A DNA stretch of 64,000 nt from Entomortierella parvispora E1425 (GCA_020891255.1 BQFW01000007.1:1798001-1862000); one strand, 5' to 3'; shown: positions 1 through 12,338, counted from the first letter of the stretch. A program made the numbers and translations. Notes: generated by a model from the sequence alone, not told the origin.

Positions 1-692
1 ATTGCTTCTCAATGTTTTTGAATTCGAATTCATAGTTGGTATTGTTGCGAAGCTCTCCTGGTACAGCCAGTTCTTGTTGAATCGTCCTGAATTCGTAATG
101 GTTTCCTCGATCATAGAACAGCTCTATAAGAGGTGAAGTGAAAGGGTTGAATCGGGGGGAGGGTGATCAGAGAAAGCACAGAAAATGGGCGAAGTCAGAG
201 CAACATTCCAAGAGATAATGACGTTCCGCTCGTCTGATTCCAACCGTCCAATAGCGAAGATGTCCAAAGACGGCTGTTGACCAATACCTATGCTTCCGAC
301 AAACTCGACCTTGATGCCGTTGTGCTCCACCTTCTTTCCATCCCTGACTCTGATGTTGATCTAAGGGTATCAGAAAATGGTTTGTCAATGGCGTTGTTGC
401 AAGAAGCTTGGCATCGGCCACAAGAACAAAAAAAAAAAAAAGAGCAGCATACTTTTCCCGCAACGGTCTCTCCATCAAAGTACAATGGGAACTGTTCACG
501 TCTGTCCTTGTCGACTTTGGCCTCGATTTGCTTGCGCTGTTCCTGACCGTTGAAGCGAATGTCAATGTCGATGGGGGCCGACAGGCCAAAGAGACTCTAA
601 GAAAAAACAAAAGATGCATGTGTTGGGTCAGAAGGAGGTCTCGCCAGCAGAATGAGGACAAGAAGCATGAACGGGGAGTCACTCACTGCCAT
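1..692 (-). CDS. VPS26: Retromer subunit Vps26 (5' part; gene runs off the window start)
   Basis: Manual splicing gives ATG GCA|GTGAGT..TTAG|AGT CTC, i.e. MASLFGLSAPIDIDIRFNGQEQRKQIEAKVDKDRREQFPLYFDGETVAGKV. Later exons give KVEHNGIKVEFVGSI and, at bases 1-40, TNYEFEFKNIEKQ. All match Vps26 family motifs. Confidence 0.93.
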
Positions 693-944
693 CACCATGT
701 TGCCGGTTGTTTACTAGTGAGAAGAAGGAGGGATGAGGGGATGGAGGGGAAGGAAGGATGGATGAAAGAGGGATGATGAAGAGATGGATGAATGAATGAG
801 AGAATGAAATGAGAATGAGAGACCTGAACGAGTCGAGAGAGTCGACCTTCGAGAACGACAAAAGGGAAGGCTGTGGAGTCAAGAAGGGAGAGAGACCTGA
901 CCTTCCTTCGATCGCAAGTGCAGCGGGAGAAGGAGGATCTATTG

Positions 945-950
945 CACGTG
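945..950. promoter_or_regulatory. CACGTG (E-box-like) hexamer in the VPS26 / M28-peptidase divergent promoter
   Basis: TGCACGTGAC lies between two divergent ATGs (692 and 1378). Function is inferred only. Confidence 0.3.
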
Positions 951-1377
951 ACCATTTTTTGGGCGTCTCACAGTCTCACTCTCACACTGAACTGGGACTC
1001 TGGGAATGCGTCAAGGTTGCGAGGTGGGGGCCGAAGCTTGTCTGCCTGGATCCAAGGCGACAGAGTGGGACGCGCTCGGTCGTCTTTGCTCGGCAGAGAC
1101 ATGTCCTCCTGCAGCGAGCCGTTCTCTGCTGCGATAAAAAGGGAACCTGCAGCCTCTCTCTTCATTCATCCCCATCTCCTTCTCATCCTTCTCTTTCTCT
1201 TGCAATGGTACGTGCTTTTTGACTGCTGCAGTATCGCAGTACAATTTTTTTTGGTCCTCATTGCTTTGCTCATCTCTTTTGTCTCTTTTCCATCTCGCTT
1301 CTTCATTTCTCTTTCTTTTTGTTTTGTTCCCTTGACAGTCTACACTCCACAAGAGAAAGTCGAACAAGACCAAGGAC

Positions 1378-4300
1378 ATGGCTCAAAACCAGGACGACCG
1401 CGACCGACAGTTTGACGACGCTCTTACAGAAGAGTCGCCTCTTCTCCATGGCCACCGTGATGATCGCTTTGCTGAAGAGCCGCCAAAAACCCGGCCCAAT
1501 GTCAACAAGGGTTCCTGGCGTCGCATGGCTGGCGTCTTCCTGCTCATGATCATTTCCTACATTGTTATCGGCAGCATCGTCAGTTATAAACGCCTGTCTC
1601 TGCCCTCACCAAAGTCCGTTGCCGAGGCCACGAAGCCCAACGACTTTTCAGCTCAATGGGCCTGGCAACATCTAGAACAGATTGCTCAAAGACCCCACCC
1701 TCTCAACTCGCGCGAAAACTTGCGTGTGCACAACTATCTTTTGCAGACCGTGAGAGATCTACAGAAGGAAGCCTTGCTCAAGAACCTGACTGTTGAGATC
1801 GCGAACGATGATGTCAAGCTTTCAATGGCCAACAACTTTTTAAGCAATACGACGCGCCTTTTTTTTTACCAATCCTCAAACATCCTTGTCCGTGTCGTGG
1901 GAACCGAAGGCAGGTCAGAGGACAACCTTCGCGGTCACGCCGAGGCCGTCGTTGTGGACGCTCACTACGGTAAGCGCAAAGTGAAGTTGAAAGGGCAAAT
2001 GAACGGCTCTAGTCTCCGTCCGGGATCCTTTTGGCCCGGCATCAGTGGTTCTTGGTCATCAGAAATATGCCTTCCGGAGAATTTAAGCCGTTCATCGCAT
2101 CCATTTCCGGACATCAAAGTTTGTTTGTTGCAAATCTGTGCAACCCTCAACTAATCTCACTGAACTTTGCTTCTTGTTCCTTGCTCTCTAGATTCTGTCT
2201 TGATCGGAAAGGGCGCCACAGATGACGGTGTTGGTGTATCGGTCTGCTTGGAGATGATTCGCAACCTCATCAACCACCCTGTCAAGCACAATGTCATCTT
2301 TAACATTAACAACGGCGAGGAAGTTGGACTCTATGGCGCTGCAGCTTTCATGAAACATCCATGGGCCAAGGACGTCAAAGCTTTTGTCAACTTAGGTATG
2401 AAACTTTGGCTTCTCCTAAAGCCGTATCTCCCTTGAACGTCTTTTTTACTGATGCAGGTTCTTTGATTTTTTTTTTTTTTTTTTGTGCAGAGGGTGCCGG
2501 TGCCGGAGGACGTGCGTTGCTCTTCCGCGCTAGCAATAAGGCCTTGGTTAAATATTACAGTCATCTCGGAAACTCACCTCACGCCAACGTATTTGGGAAC
2601 GACATCTTCAGCCTCGGACTCATCAAGAGGTAAGAGCCCAAGTCTTTTCCATGCAGCATGACCCCAGTATGTTCAAGATGCCGCGGCTTACATCTCCTGC
2701 TTGTAATTTATAGTGGCACCGATTTCTCAGTGTACACCGCTTACAATATCCCAGGACTCGATATTGCTTTCTACAGCCGCAGAGCCTTTTACCATACGCT
2801 TCATGATGACATTGAACATACTTCTCAAGGATCGGTGCAACACATGGGCGCCACTGGCTTGGCGGCTGTTCGAAGCATTGCTGATTCGGATTACTTGGCC
2901 AAGCCCAAAGAGATTCTCAGTTCTGAGCCCAGCATTTACTACGACTTTGCTGGATTGTTCATGATGGTTTACTCCTTCAACACCTATCTGACCTTGAACT
3001 ACAACCTTCTCGTGGTCGTTCCCGTCTTTATCGGCTGGGCCTTGGTGGCCGCTCGCAAGCATGGTCTTAGCCTTGGTGTGGTCTTCAGGAGTTACCTATC
3101 TTTGTTGGTGAGTTTCATTGCTTCTATCGCCACCTCCGTTGGCTTTGCCTTCTTCTTTAGCAAAGTGAACCCAATGTTGGTGTATGGCGAGCACTGGCTG
3201 GCATTTATTTTCTTTGTCTTCCAGAGTTGTACAACCATCATCTGCGTTCAGTGGGCGTGGGTCAAATTCGAGTTCTGGCTCAAGGGCGATATGGGTCCCC
3301 TTGAAATAGCGCTCGATCGCATCCGTGTGGACCCCGAACAGATCTCCAACGTCGGAATTGTCTTGTTTTGGTGGACAATGCTGATCGGAGCCACCATTGC
3401 CGGTCGCAATCACCAGCTTGGACTCTTTTACTTTGTCAGCTGGTTCACCGTCACCTCCATGATTTCGGCCTACCTCTCTATTTACCCAAAGAGACGTGGT
3501 ACAGGGTGGACGCTCACCCGTCTTTGGGTCAACTTTGTCCCATTGGCCCTGACTTTGGAAGTTGCCATCGCTTGTATGATTGCTATGAGTCAGACCCTTG
3601 TCGACGGCACGCCTCCGTTCGCCAGTAAGTTCTCGAAATATTTACAACGCGATGATGACTGAGTGCCAGAGGTTAACGAACTTGTTCATTTCTGCCTCCT
3701 GTAGTCATGGCTATGTTCGCTTTTTGCGCGTTGAACTGTGTTATGCCTTTGGTCCCCACTATCCACCGGTCTGCCAACTACAAAAAGATGGGACAGGTCA
3801 GCGTGTTCCTCACTCTTGCTCTTTTGATCTCCGCTTGCATCGTATTCCCGTACAATGGCAAAGAGGCCCCCAACAAGGTGATTTGGAGACAGGTCTATGA
3901 TCTTGATCAGAACTCGTCTTTGGTGACAGTGAAGACAATGAACGGTCTTGAAGATGTTATGAAGTTGGTCCCAGAGGCCAGGGAACGCGAGTGTGGCCCC
4001 GATCCAGTCAGCAAGAATGTCCTTACCCAGTGCATCTACAAGGGCGCTGTTCCTACGATTGTGGTAGAGTCCAAAAAGTCTGGTAAGGACATCATCAAGT
4101 CCGAGGTCTCTAAGCCAGAGCATCACAAAGAGGAAGACGATTTGCTCCGCACAGTGCACGTAAAGTGGACAGCCAAAGACTCCCGCCTGTGCAGTGTTGA
4201 CTTCCCAGAGGATTCCGCTGTGGTCTCATTAATCCTCGAAGGCTTCCCAGAACCCGAGCAAGGATATAGATCTCAGGCTATCAAAGATGCCAGTAGTCAA

Positions 4301-4537
4301 GGAATGACCTCCTTCAAGCGCGAGTATGACCAGCTTTGGGATCTGGCAGTCACTTACAAGGTCCAGAGCAAGGACACCCCCTCTTTGGAGGGAACTCTTG
4401 GATGCCTGTATGACGAATGGGACAACAGCCAGCTCCCCGCTTTCACACACATGAAGGACCACTTGCCGGAATGGGCTTTGATCGGTGGCGGAAAGGGTCC
4501 CGGTCTCCTGACCATCCAGAAGAAGGTCGTTCTGTAA
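1378..4537 (+). CDS. M28-family zinc metallopeptidase, vacuolar membrane protease (Pff1/ERMP1-like), multi-exon
   Basis: N-terminal TM helix, then DAHY|DSV, GATDDGVG, NNGEEVGLYGA, FVNL|EGAGAGG, DIAFY..YHT..D, then a multi-TM region and a C-terminal luminal domain. Frames join across GT-AG introns (e.g. 1970-2191). Confidence 0.9.
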
Positions 4538-4641
4538 ATTGCAAATTTCAAATTCTCAACAAATAACAAATATATCCTGGATCCCATGTATTTGCCAATC
4601 CATTCAATTTCTTTCCATGATTCATGTTGGTTTATTTCCAT

Positions 4642-5510
4642 CTATGACTTGGATGATCCGAATCCAGAGAATCTAAAAAAAAAAACAAAGAAAACAAGAG
4701 AGGTTAGTAAAAAGAAATAAACATGTGAAAGGAATTACGAAAAAAACACCCGGCACTTACCCCATCATTGCTGCCATTGCTGGATCCATGCCACCATCAT
4801 CAAAAGAGTCGTCCTTCTTCTCGTTTTTCTTTTGCTTTTTGCGTTCCCGCTTCTCAGCCTTTTCGCGGTCCTCCTGTCTCTTGACCTCTTCCAGTCTCGC
4901 ATCTAGGTCGTATTTGATCTCCTTCTTGGGAGCTTCTGCTTTCCGTTTCATGCTTTCGAGCTTTGCAATGACATCGTCAACGTCTTCTCGGACGGCTTTT
5001 GTGTCGACGCCCATGTTCTTCAAATGCTTCTTTCCGTTCTTATGATCCAGATACGCCGTACTGTCCTTGAGAACACAATCACAGACTCTGCAATAGAATC
5101 CTGGTGCCCTTCCTGTAGGACCTCCCTGAACGACCTGACTCTTTCCAATCGCAGACTCCAAGATCAAGCGCTCAGATCTCTCTGCAGCAATGTCTTCTTC
5201 CGTGGGCGCAGCCTTTGTGGATCTCTTCTTGACCGCTTTACCAAGAGCTCTCTGCTCGTCTTCTTCCCGAAGCTCCTTCTCACGTTGGGCTCTTTCCTTG
5301 GCCCGGCGCTCCATCTCTTCCATATCCCATCTTCCAGACTTTGCCTTTTCCTATAGGACGGGGGGTGGGGTCAAGAAGAGACATTGTTAAAACTAAAATG
5401 ATCAACTGATCAGACAGGACATGAGCCAAAAGCCAGTCGAGGTAGGTACAATATAGCAGATAGATACTTACGACTATGCCATAGGCGCCTTTCTTTTGTG
5501 AGGATGACAT
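4642..5510 (-). CDS. SNU23: Matrin-type zinc finger spliceosomal protein (Snu23/ZMAT2)
   Basis: GFYCRVCDCVLKDSTAYLDHKNGKKH zinc finger, N-terminal RWDMEEMERRAKER, and C-terminal DPAMAAMMG|FSGFGSSKS* after splicing. Confidence 0.9.
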
Positions 5511-5653
5511 TGTGGCTGTGTGTAGTGTTGGATGGAATGAAAGAAGATTTCAATGGATGCAAGGCCGCACATTTCGTTCATGCTTTCATTGCACCATGGA
5601 ATGCTTTTGTACCCTTAAGCGAATCACCTCCCCGGCATCACACAAAAAGGCAC

Positions 5654-7399
5654 ATGCCCATTCAGAAATTATGGCCAGGTAGTCTTTGTCCATTGCTCCT
5701 CAGAATGACCCTCGACTCGGTCCCATCCTCGCCCAAGGCCCACAAAGGTTGCTCGTCCGTCTCTGACAACCCGCCCTTTCCCCCGATCCTCAAGAATGGG
5801 CATGTCGCTCGTATAAAGGATGTGGTCATTGCTGGTTTCAGTCAAGACTCGACCGCACCTTCCACTTCTCAGGAGACGATGGATACACAGGATGTGGACC
5901 CGCTGGAAGGAGGTTGCTCGATTTCCGAGGAACAGGAACCAGTTGAAGACATTTTGAGTTCTCCTTCACGTCGACAAAGCGGGACCTCCAAAAGCCCGCC
6001 TTCATTGCCCATATTACGCGCCAGTCGTGGCAAAAAGCACGTCCCAGTGCCTGAGAAGGGGCCCACTGCAACTTCCATCCGTCAATACGCCACATCTGAA
6101 CTTTGGGAGAAACATCTCGCCTTTCAAAGAGATCAGGATTCTTCAAAGAAAATTGTTCGTCCGTCCTTGATCCAGGTGGCAGATGAGGACAACCCCTTCA
6201 TGGTCACACCAGTGGTAACTCAGAGGAAGGCACCTCCAAAATCAGCGAATATGAACAATCCGTTCGTGGCGATGGCACAGGCTGTACAGAGGAAGACGCG
6301 TCCTATGGTGGAGGATGAGGACAATCCGTTCATGGTTACACCAGAGGCTTTTCAGAGAAAGGCGCGTCCAAGAGTTGAGCAGGAGAGCAATTCCTTCAGC
6401 TCTGCTTCATCATCTTTATTCAAAGTTGCGCCCCTATCAAGGATGGCAAACATGGAGAGCGATCGGGGATCTCGGTCTGGAAGCCGGTTTACTGATCCTT
6501 TTGTTGATGATCAAGGACAAAACTCTGTCGGGAAAGTCGTGGGAGTGGAAGAGGATGACAAGGAGAAGATTGACAGTCCGGAAGTGGAGGAGCCGCAGAC
6601 ACCCAGAAAGTACATTGGAGCAGTCAACCCATTACGCATTTACCAGCGCAGATTCTCCCTTGGATCCATTTCATCCTCTCCCTCTGTCAAACGCGGTATC
6701 GAGCCTGAATCACCAATGCTTGCAGACGATCCTTCAGAGGATGAGGATGACTCTAATGACAGCAGGATGGAGACTATTTTGCGGACACCAGAAAAAAAGA
6801 AGAAATGGCGAAATTTCGAAATGAATCCGCTGTTCTCTCCAGGATCCCCAAATAAGTGGGCGGGTGGTGTGACTCCTCCCAGGATTGGGATGCCCCGAAG
6901 GATACCTGACGATGACGAGCAGACGGAATTACCTCCATCGCCGTTGGTGGCGACTTCACAGCACGTCCTCGAAACGCCGAAGCGGAAAATTGGTCGAGTC
7001 ATCTCTCGAAATGGCAGCTCCTATGATCGGGACCAAGATGCCCTACATTGTCTGGGTGAGGACCAGGACAATGAAGATGGTTTTGAATCTGACATCAAAG
7101 AGGATGGAAAATATACCAGGGAACAGGACGAATTTACATCCCCAACTCGCGATCGGTCAAACCCAGCCATGTTTCCATCAATATCCTCCACAGGACCATG
7201 GTCACCGAGGACAACACCCTCATCAAAGCGAGTAAAATATGTGTATCAAACACCACCTCGGAAAAAACCGCCTATTCTTTCACCGTTCAAGAAACCTCCA
7301 GGGGCACCGCGATTCTCTTTCTACTCTGGAGTCATCGAGGATCAGGATACTCGCTACAGTCCAGCCAAACAAAAGCTGGATCGTATGCGCAGGCCATGA
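5654..7399 (+). CDS. Intrinsically disordered protein with NPF repeats and many S/T-P-x-K/R sites; function unknown
   Basis: Uninterrupted ORF of about 580 codons. Start is uncertain (ATG 5654 or 5705). S/P/E/D/K/R-rich, with no folded domain recognised. Confidence 0.7.
   Translation: MPIQKLWPGSLCPLLLRMTLDSVPSSPKAHKGCSSVSDNPPFPPILKNGHVARIKDVVIAGFSQDSTAPSTSQETMDTQDVDPLEGGCSISEEQEPVEDILSSPSRRQSGTSKSPPSLPILRASRGKKHVPVPEKGPTATSIRQYATSELWEKHLAFQRDQDSSKKIVRPSLIQVADEDNPFMVTPVVTQRKAPPKSANMNNPFVAMAQAVQRKTRPMVEDEDNPFMVTPEAFQRKARPRVEQESNSFSSASSSLFKVAPLSRMANMESDRGSRSGSRFTDPFVDDQGQNSVGKVVGVEEDDKEKIDSPEVEEPQTPRKYIGAVNPLRIYQRRFSLGSISSSPSVKRGIEPESPMLADDPSEDEDDSNDSRMETILRTPEKKKKWRNFEMNPLFSPGSPNKWAGGVTPPRIGMPRRIPDDDEQTELPPSPLVATSQHVLETPKRKIGRVISRNGSSYDRDQDALHCLGEDQDNEDGFESDIKEDGKYTREQDEFTSPTRDRSNPAMFPSISSTGPWSPRTTPSSKRVKYVYQTPPRKKPPILSPFKKPPGAPRFSFYSGVIEDQDTRYSPAKQKLDRMRRP
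6182..6400 (+). repeat. Coding tandem repeat, 66-nt (22-aa) unit, about 3.3 copies
   Basis: Units start at 6182, 6248, 6314 and 6380: DEDNPFMVTP.., NMNNPFVAMA.., DEDNPFMVTP.., QESNSFSS.. Confidence 0.8.
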
Positions 7400-7484
7400 C
7401 CCCGTCGGAGCGAGATTGCAGTTTGATAGAATTATTGCAATAAAGATGAAAATGGAATGAAAGATGCCATGTAAAGAAAATGGG

Positions 7485-9578
7485 TTACGAAAAAGTGCCC
7501 CAGACTATATTGGAGAGGATGGACCAGCTGAGTATAGCCGCCACCAGGTACCAAAAAGTACCAAAGAGAGGAGATCGACTAGGTATCGAGTCATTGCTTG
7601 TGTCTTGATACGTGAGAATCCTTGTGTCGACATCGTCGCCGCCACCATTGAAGCCTGAGCTGTTACCGGATGTTCCATGGTTCAAAGCATGAGCGATACC
7701 TATGCGACCAGAACCTGCCATGTCATAGACAACATACAGACCTCTGAGCCAGGTATCGCCCAGGATCCAGTAGGATGCCTCTTGATTTCCGAAAATGAGA
7801 CTCTGGCAACGGCCATCATCTAGCCGATAGATCAAACTCTCATACGGCTGAACGACGCCATGGCTTGAGGAAACCCACCAAATCAAGTCCACAGTCCCCT
7901 CACATGGGAGGAACCAGGTCCTATGGACGGGATCCCAAGTGCCACCCAATTCTGAATGGATCGCCTCTGAAGCCGCAGTGGGGATCAGCAGAGAAGAAGT
8001 TCCGCTGTCGAGAATCAAAGGTGCATCTTGAAAGAGGGAAAGCTGGGGTAGCATCTTGATACCATTCGAGGCGGCTGTCGATTCAGAGCTGGAATTTGTG
8101 GATGGCATTGGCAGAGGTAAAGCTGATGAAGGTACGGATCGACGTTTTGTTCCGATACCTTGGAGTGAGATCTGCCATGTGACAGCGTCCGTTACTGGGC
8201 AATAGATCAGTCCCCCTCGGTACTGGGTATGGTCAATGCCTCCTAGAAGAAAGGAGCCTCCTTCAAGCTCAAGATGCATCGAGACCACAGGGAGAGCTAA
8301 AGACTTTTGATCCACCAATTCCTGAAGAAATGTTTTTCGACCAGTAGGGGAGGTACGGGTCAGGCCAAGGAGACCCGAGATCTGATGGTCGTATCCTTCG
8401 ACGAGCCCCAGGTTATCCTGGACAACGTTCAAGAAGGTGACTGTGGCGACATGAGAAGGACCCGAAGGATGAACGCTAGCACCTTTGGTTTCTCCCATGG
8501 GAGTAGGGTCGATCAGAATCTGGTCCCGAACAAATGTCCCTGCGCCCCAAGATCCATCAACATAGGTTTGGTTATAAAAGTTGGGCCATCGTCCTGTTTC
8601 TGGTGGTCCTCTTTTGTTCCCGTTGTTACTGTATGCCAGGTTGTTGGCGAGCGATGGTCCTGGAAGCACCACCTTGGACAGAATCCTTGTGAGCCCCGGA
8701 GTGTCGTTATCCGCCCTGGCACTAAGAGGCTGCCGTTGGGAAGGGGACGGGAGCGTTTTAGCAGCCGACTGCATCTTTTGGATCTCCTGCGTATCCGAAT
8801 GAACTTCTGCAGGGGGTGAAGCTTGCTGTAGTCCTTGCATCCTGCTCGTCTCCGCTCGAATGCCAGCGCCGCCCCCTCCTCCTGCATTACTGTCACCAAC
8901 AACAGTATCCTGGAGGGCTAAATCGGGCCATGATGTGGCCTCCTTTGAACGCTCGCTCCCACCAGACGGTTGTCGAAGTCTCCCCTCATTGCTTAAAAGT
9001 CCTGTGGATCCTAGATCAACGCACGAGGTCGAGGTCGAACACGAGAATTGGATTATATCTGGACACTCGGCCCCCTGGCAATGATCCGAAATTACCAACG
9101 CCAAGTCTGATCCAGTGTCAAACAAGACTGGGAATCGCTGTGGGGGGGATCCTATCAGGATGTGCCCAGAGTATCCAACCCGTCCAACAGTCTTGACAGA
9201 GATAGGTGAAGGAGGGGTAGACGTTCCAGAGAGATTGCTCCCTGACAAGGATCTTTTCTGAGCTAGGGACGAGGATGCGGGATGATGTAGGGTTCCAGGC
9301 TCGGGGACAAGTCTCTTTAGCGGGATCAAGACTGTGCCCGATGTTGCATCTTTGCTAGAGAGTGGCGCAGTGCTGACGCTGTGGATCAGGAGAGCTAAAC
9401 TTATTGTCAATTGCCACCTCCATGACCATGATCCCATCCTAGCTGGGGCGCCGTTTGACGGTGGTATGGAGGCTTGTCGTTGACGTTGGTGTGGGCACTG
9501 TTGCTGGTGAGGTTGTAGGCTTTGATTTGGCGATGCACATCCATTTGTCTGTTGGCGTTGCCTCCTGGTACAACTCAT
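7485..9578 (-). CDS. A1 (pepsin-like) aspartic protease, secreted, probably GPI/membrane anchored; single exon
   Basis: Catalytic FDTGS and LDSGT, flap TYVDGS, WILGDTWLRGLYVVYD, signal-like WQLTISLALLIHSVSTA and a hydrophobic C-terminus. Start is at ATG 9578 or 9437. Confidence 0.9.
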   Translation of the reverse strand: MSCTRRQRQQTNGCASPNQSLQPHQQQCPHQRQRQASIPPSNGAPARMGSWSWRWQLTISLALLIHSVSTAPLSSKDATSGTVLIPLKRLVPEPGTLHHPASSSLAQKRSLSGSNLSGTSTPPSPISVKTVGRVGYSGHILIGSPPQRFPVLFDTGSDLALVISDHCQGAECPDIIQFSCSTSTSCVDLGSTGLLSNEGRLRQPSGGSERSKEATSWPDLALQDTVVGDSNAGGGGGAGIRAETSRMQGLQQASPPAEVHSDTQEIQKMQSAAKTLPSPSQRQPLSARADNDTPGLTRILSKVVLPGPSLANNLAYSNNGNKRGPPETGRWPNFYNQTYVDGSWGAGTFVRDQILIDPTPMGETKGASVHPSGPSHVATVTFLNVVQDNLGLVEGYDHQISGLLGLTRTSPTGRKTFLQELVDQKSLALPVVSMHLELEGGSFLLGGIDHTQYRGGLIYCPVTDAVTWQISLQGIGTKRRSVPSSALPLPMPSTNSSSESTAASNGIKMLPQLSLFQDAPLILDSGTSSLLIPTAASEAIHSELGGTWDPVHRTWFLPCEGTVDLIWWVSSSHGVVQPYESLIYRLDDGRCQSLIFGNQEASYWILGDTWLRGLYVVYDMAGSGRIGIAHALNHGTSGNSSGFNGGGDDVDTRILTYQDTSNDSIPSRSPLFGTFWYLVAAILSWSILSNIVWGTFS

Positions 9579-10030
9579 GCATAGAGTTAATAAAGTAGCT
9601 GAGTAGGGGGATGGATACGGAAGACGATTTTTTTTTGTTTTGTTTGGTAGAGTGAAAGGGAACAAAGGTAAAAGAGGAGCTACAAGGCAACGAGATTCAG
9701 ACTTGGTCTCGTCGTATGAGGTCAAGCTTTGACACAGCAATACCACTCGTCTTGATTGAAAGATAAAACGGATCAAGGAGGTGGGGAGGTGCGTTTGGTT
9801 CATTGTTCACTTTTTCCACGGGGGCGGTGGCAATGATTCTTGCAAACAGCTCCAAGGAAGCTAGAGCAGGAGCAGGAGCTCTTCCTAGAAATCATGGACT
9901 CGCTCAGATATGAGCGTTTTTGCCCTGCCGATCTGCCATCAGGATCTGGCAAGGCAATGCTTCTCATGTAATCAAAGACTTTATTTCTCCCTTCCTTCCC
10001 AGTCAAGCTCTCAAGATCCAAGAATATCTG

Positions 10031-12338
10031 TTACTCCTCTTTCTCATGCTTCACGTTTGGTGATGGCCACGAGCGGATGAGTACCCCAATGGGCCAACCC
10101 TCGTCTCCGGGGTACTCTAGCCCGTTTTGTTCAACCATAACCCACTCGACGCCGTCTTGCATAGACTTGTTTGTGATCATACCGGCCCTCAAAAACGCGG
10201 GAATATAGCTGCCCTGACCGTTTTGTGTCGCTGATTGCTCCTCCTCCACTCCTTGAAGTCCCGTCTTCTTCAACCTCTTCATCATCTTTTTCTGATTAAG
10301 ATCCAGACGCGTTGAAGAATCTCTTGTGGAGACCTTGTGGAGAAGAGATGATGAACGCATTGCCGTTGGCGTCCTTCCTTCCTGATCCAAAGAGCCGGTG
10401 TCATTCTCCAGCAATTGTTGGTCACGCAAATAAATCGAGCGCTCGATAAACCGAGCAATGTTCGAGATGGCGACCCTGGATGACTTGAAGAGCAGAGTCA
10501 TCAATTGATGGACATGCACCATGTCCTTGTAGGTTTCGATACGAACTAATTGCGCTGGGTTCTCAATACCGATGCGATGGGCATACAGCCGACCGTCATC
10601 CAACAATCGATCGTGTGTCGCTGTTTGCTACAAAAAAAAAAAAGAGACCCCATTTTTAGCTCGCAATGAACATGAAAAACGGCACCTCGCTTCAGGAACC
10701 AGAAAATAACAACAATAAAGAATCGGTTACCACAAGAGTGTTCGTCAGGCCTTGCAGGGATCCGGGCGCAGAGTGGGCTGGTGAGACCAGAGGATGCTGT
10801 ACCAAACTGCTGTACCACTCCCATCGTCGATCTCCTCCCAAAGCGTTTCTGGAGTTGAGGACCAACCTGGGATCTCCAATGACGTAGTTGCTACCAAAGT
10901 TTTGCTGGAAGGAAACAGCCAGACGGGTCAATGGCTTGTAGTCTTCAGAACAATTCAGTCAATTGAGCATGCTGGGATACTTACAGTTTTCATGCCAAAG
11001 TACTCTTCTTTGTTTAAGGGCGAGGTTCCAATGGGTCCAGGACAATAGCAATACCAATCCTCAGACTTTGCGGAAGGTACAGAGGATGTGACATCCGTCC
11101 AGGGCTATTGTATCCCTCATTATACAGTTATCAGTGACAGGGCAATGTTTAAAACCCTCTGCGTGAGATCAAAAAGCAACACCTACCGATAAAAGCACTG
11201 TAGCGTGGGGCAAGATAAAGTGAGGCTCAGTAGAGGGCTGAACATAGGTCGCCATGTAGTGCATGAAGGCCGCTGCCAGATTTCCACCTGCAGAATCTCC
11301 AGCCACGACGATATCCCTTGGGTCCACCGCTAGTTCCTGAGGGGCCGAGTCCTCATCCAAGATCAAGGCCGCATGGTCAGGCTCTGTCAGATACAGGTAG
11401 GCAGCAAACGCATCGTGGATAGCTGCAGGGAAGGGGGACTCTGGTGCCATTCGGTAGTCGACCGAAAAAACCCTCGTGCCAGGACCAATCTCTCGAGCTA
11501 TCTGGGCCAACAAGTGCGTGTGTGTTCTAGGCGAACAAAACACGTGCGCGCCCCCATGGAAATAGAGGATCACCGTTTTGCTTCTTGGCCGAGGATCTGG
11601 CTTCTTGGGATCCACAAGGGCCTCGATCCATTCTCCTCGGATCTTGTAAGTGCCATCAGCATCAACAGTACCGACTTCCTCTGGCAAGTTGGCCAATGGA
11701 GCAGGAGATCCATTTTTGTGAGATGCAGATGGATGCATGGAAGCCAAGTACTCTGGGCTTGGGTTCATTGGGTCGTCCGAGTAGCCTTGCTTTTTAAGGT
11801 TGGCACGGAGCTCAGCCAAGGTCGCGCGCTCTGGACGCAAGAGGATATCCAGATTGACTTTGAACTGCACTTTACCGCTGACCTTGATCTTTTTGACAAA
11901 AATCAGCTGCAATGGCAACGCAGTCTCGATGACACGCCCGAAAAAGCGCAGTTGACCCAACGTGTGGATCTTGGTGGCACAGACCCGAACGGCGGTAAAG
12001 AAGACGCTGGCGAACCAGGGCCAAGCAGCTGGATGTTGGGCCGTCGAGTATTTGAACCGGGTCAAGATCAAGTACGGCAGCTCAATGCAGTGGAGCCGAA
12101 GCATTGCCCAGGCTACGGCAGAAGCTAGTCGGATGAAGAATACAACATCTCGAGGTTGGTAGAGTATACCCTTCAGATGTGCGCGCTGGAAGATGGAAGG
12201 AGGGGGGAACCGAGAATGATGTAGAGGAGGGGTAAGAGGCGCGTTATCCTCTTGACTGGGTGCTTGAAGGTCTTTCGTTCTGTCAATGCTGCTTGTTCCA
12301 GACCGAGTGTAGAGAGACTGGAGGCTGCGAGGTGTCAT
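10031..12338 (-). CDS. GDXG/HSL-family alpha/beta hydrolase (lipase/esterase), copy 1
   Basis: YFHGGAHVF, VDYRMAPE.PFPAAIHD, GDSAGGNL, HDRLLDDG and MVHVHQ on spliced exons. The Ser-Asp-His triad is present. Confidence 0.88.
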
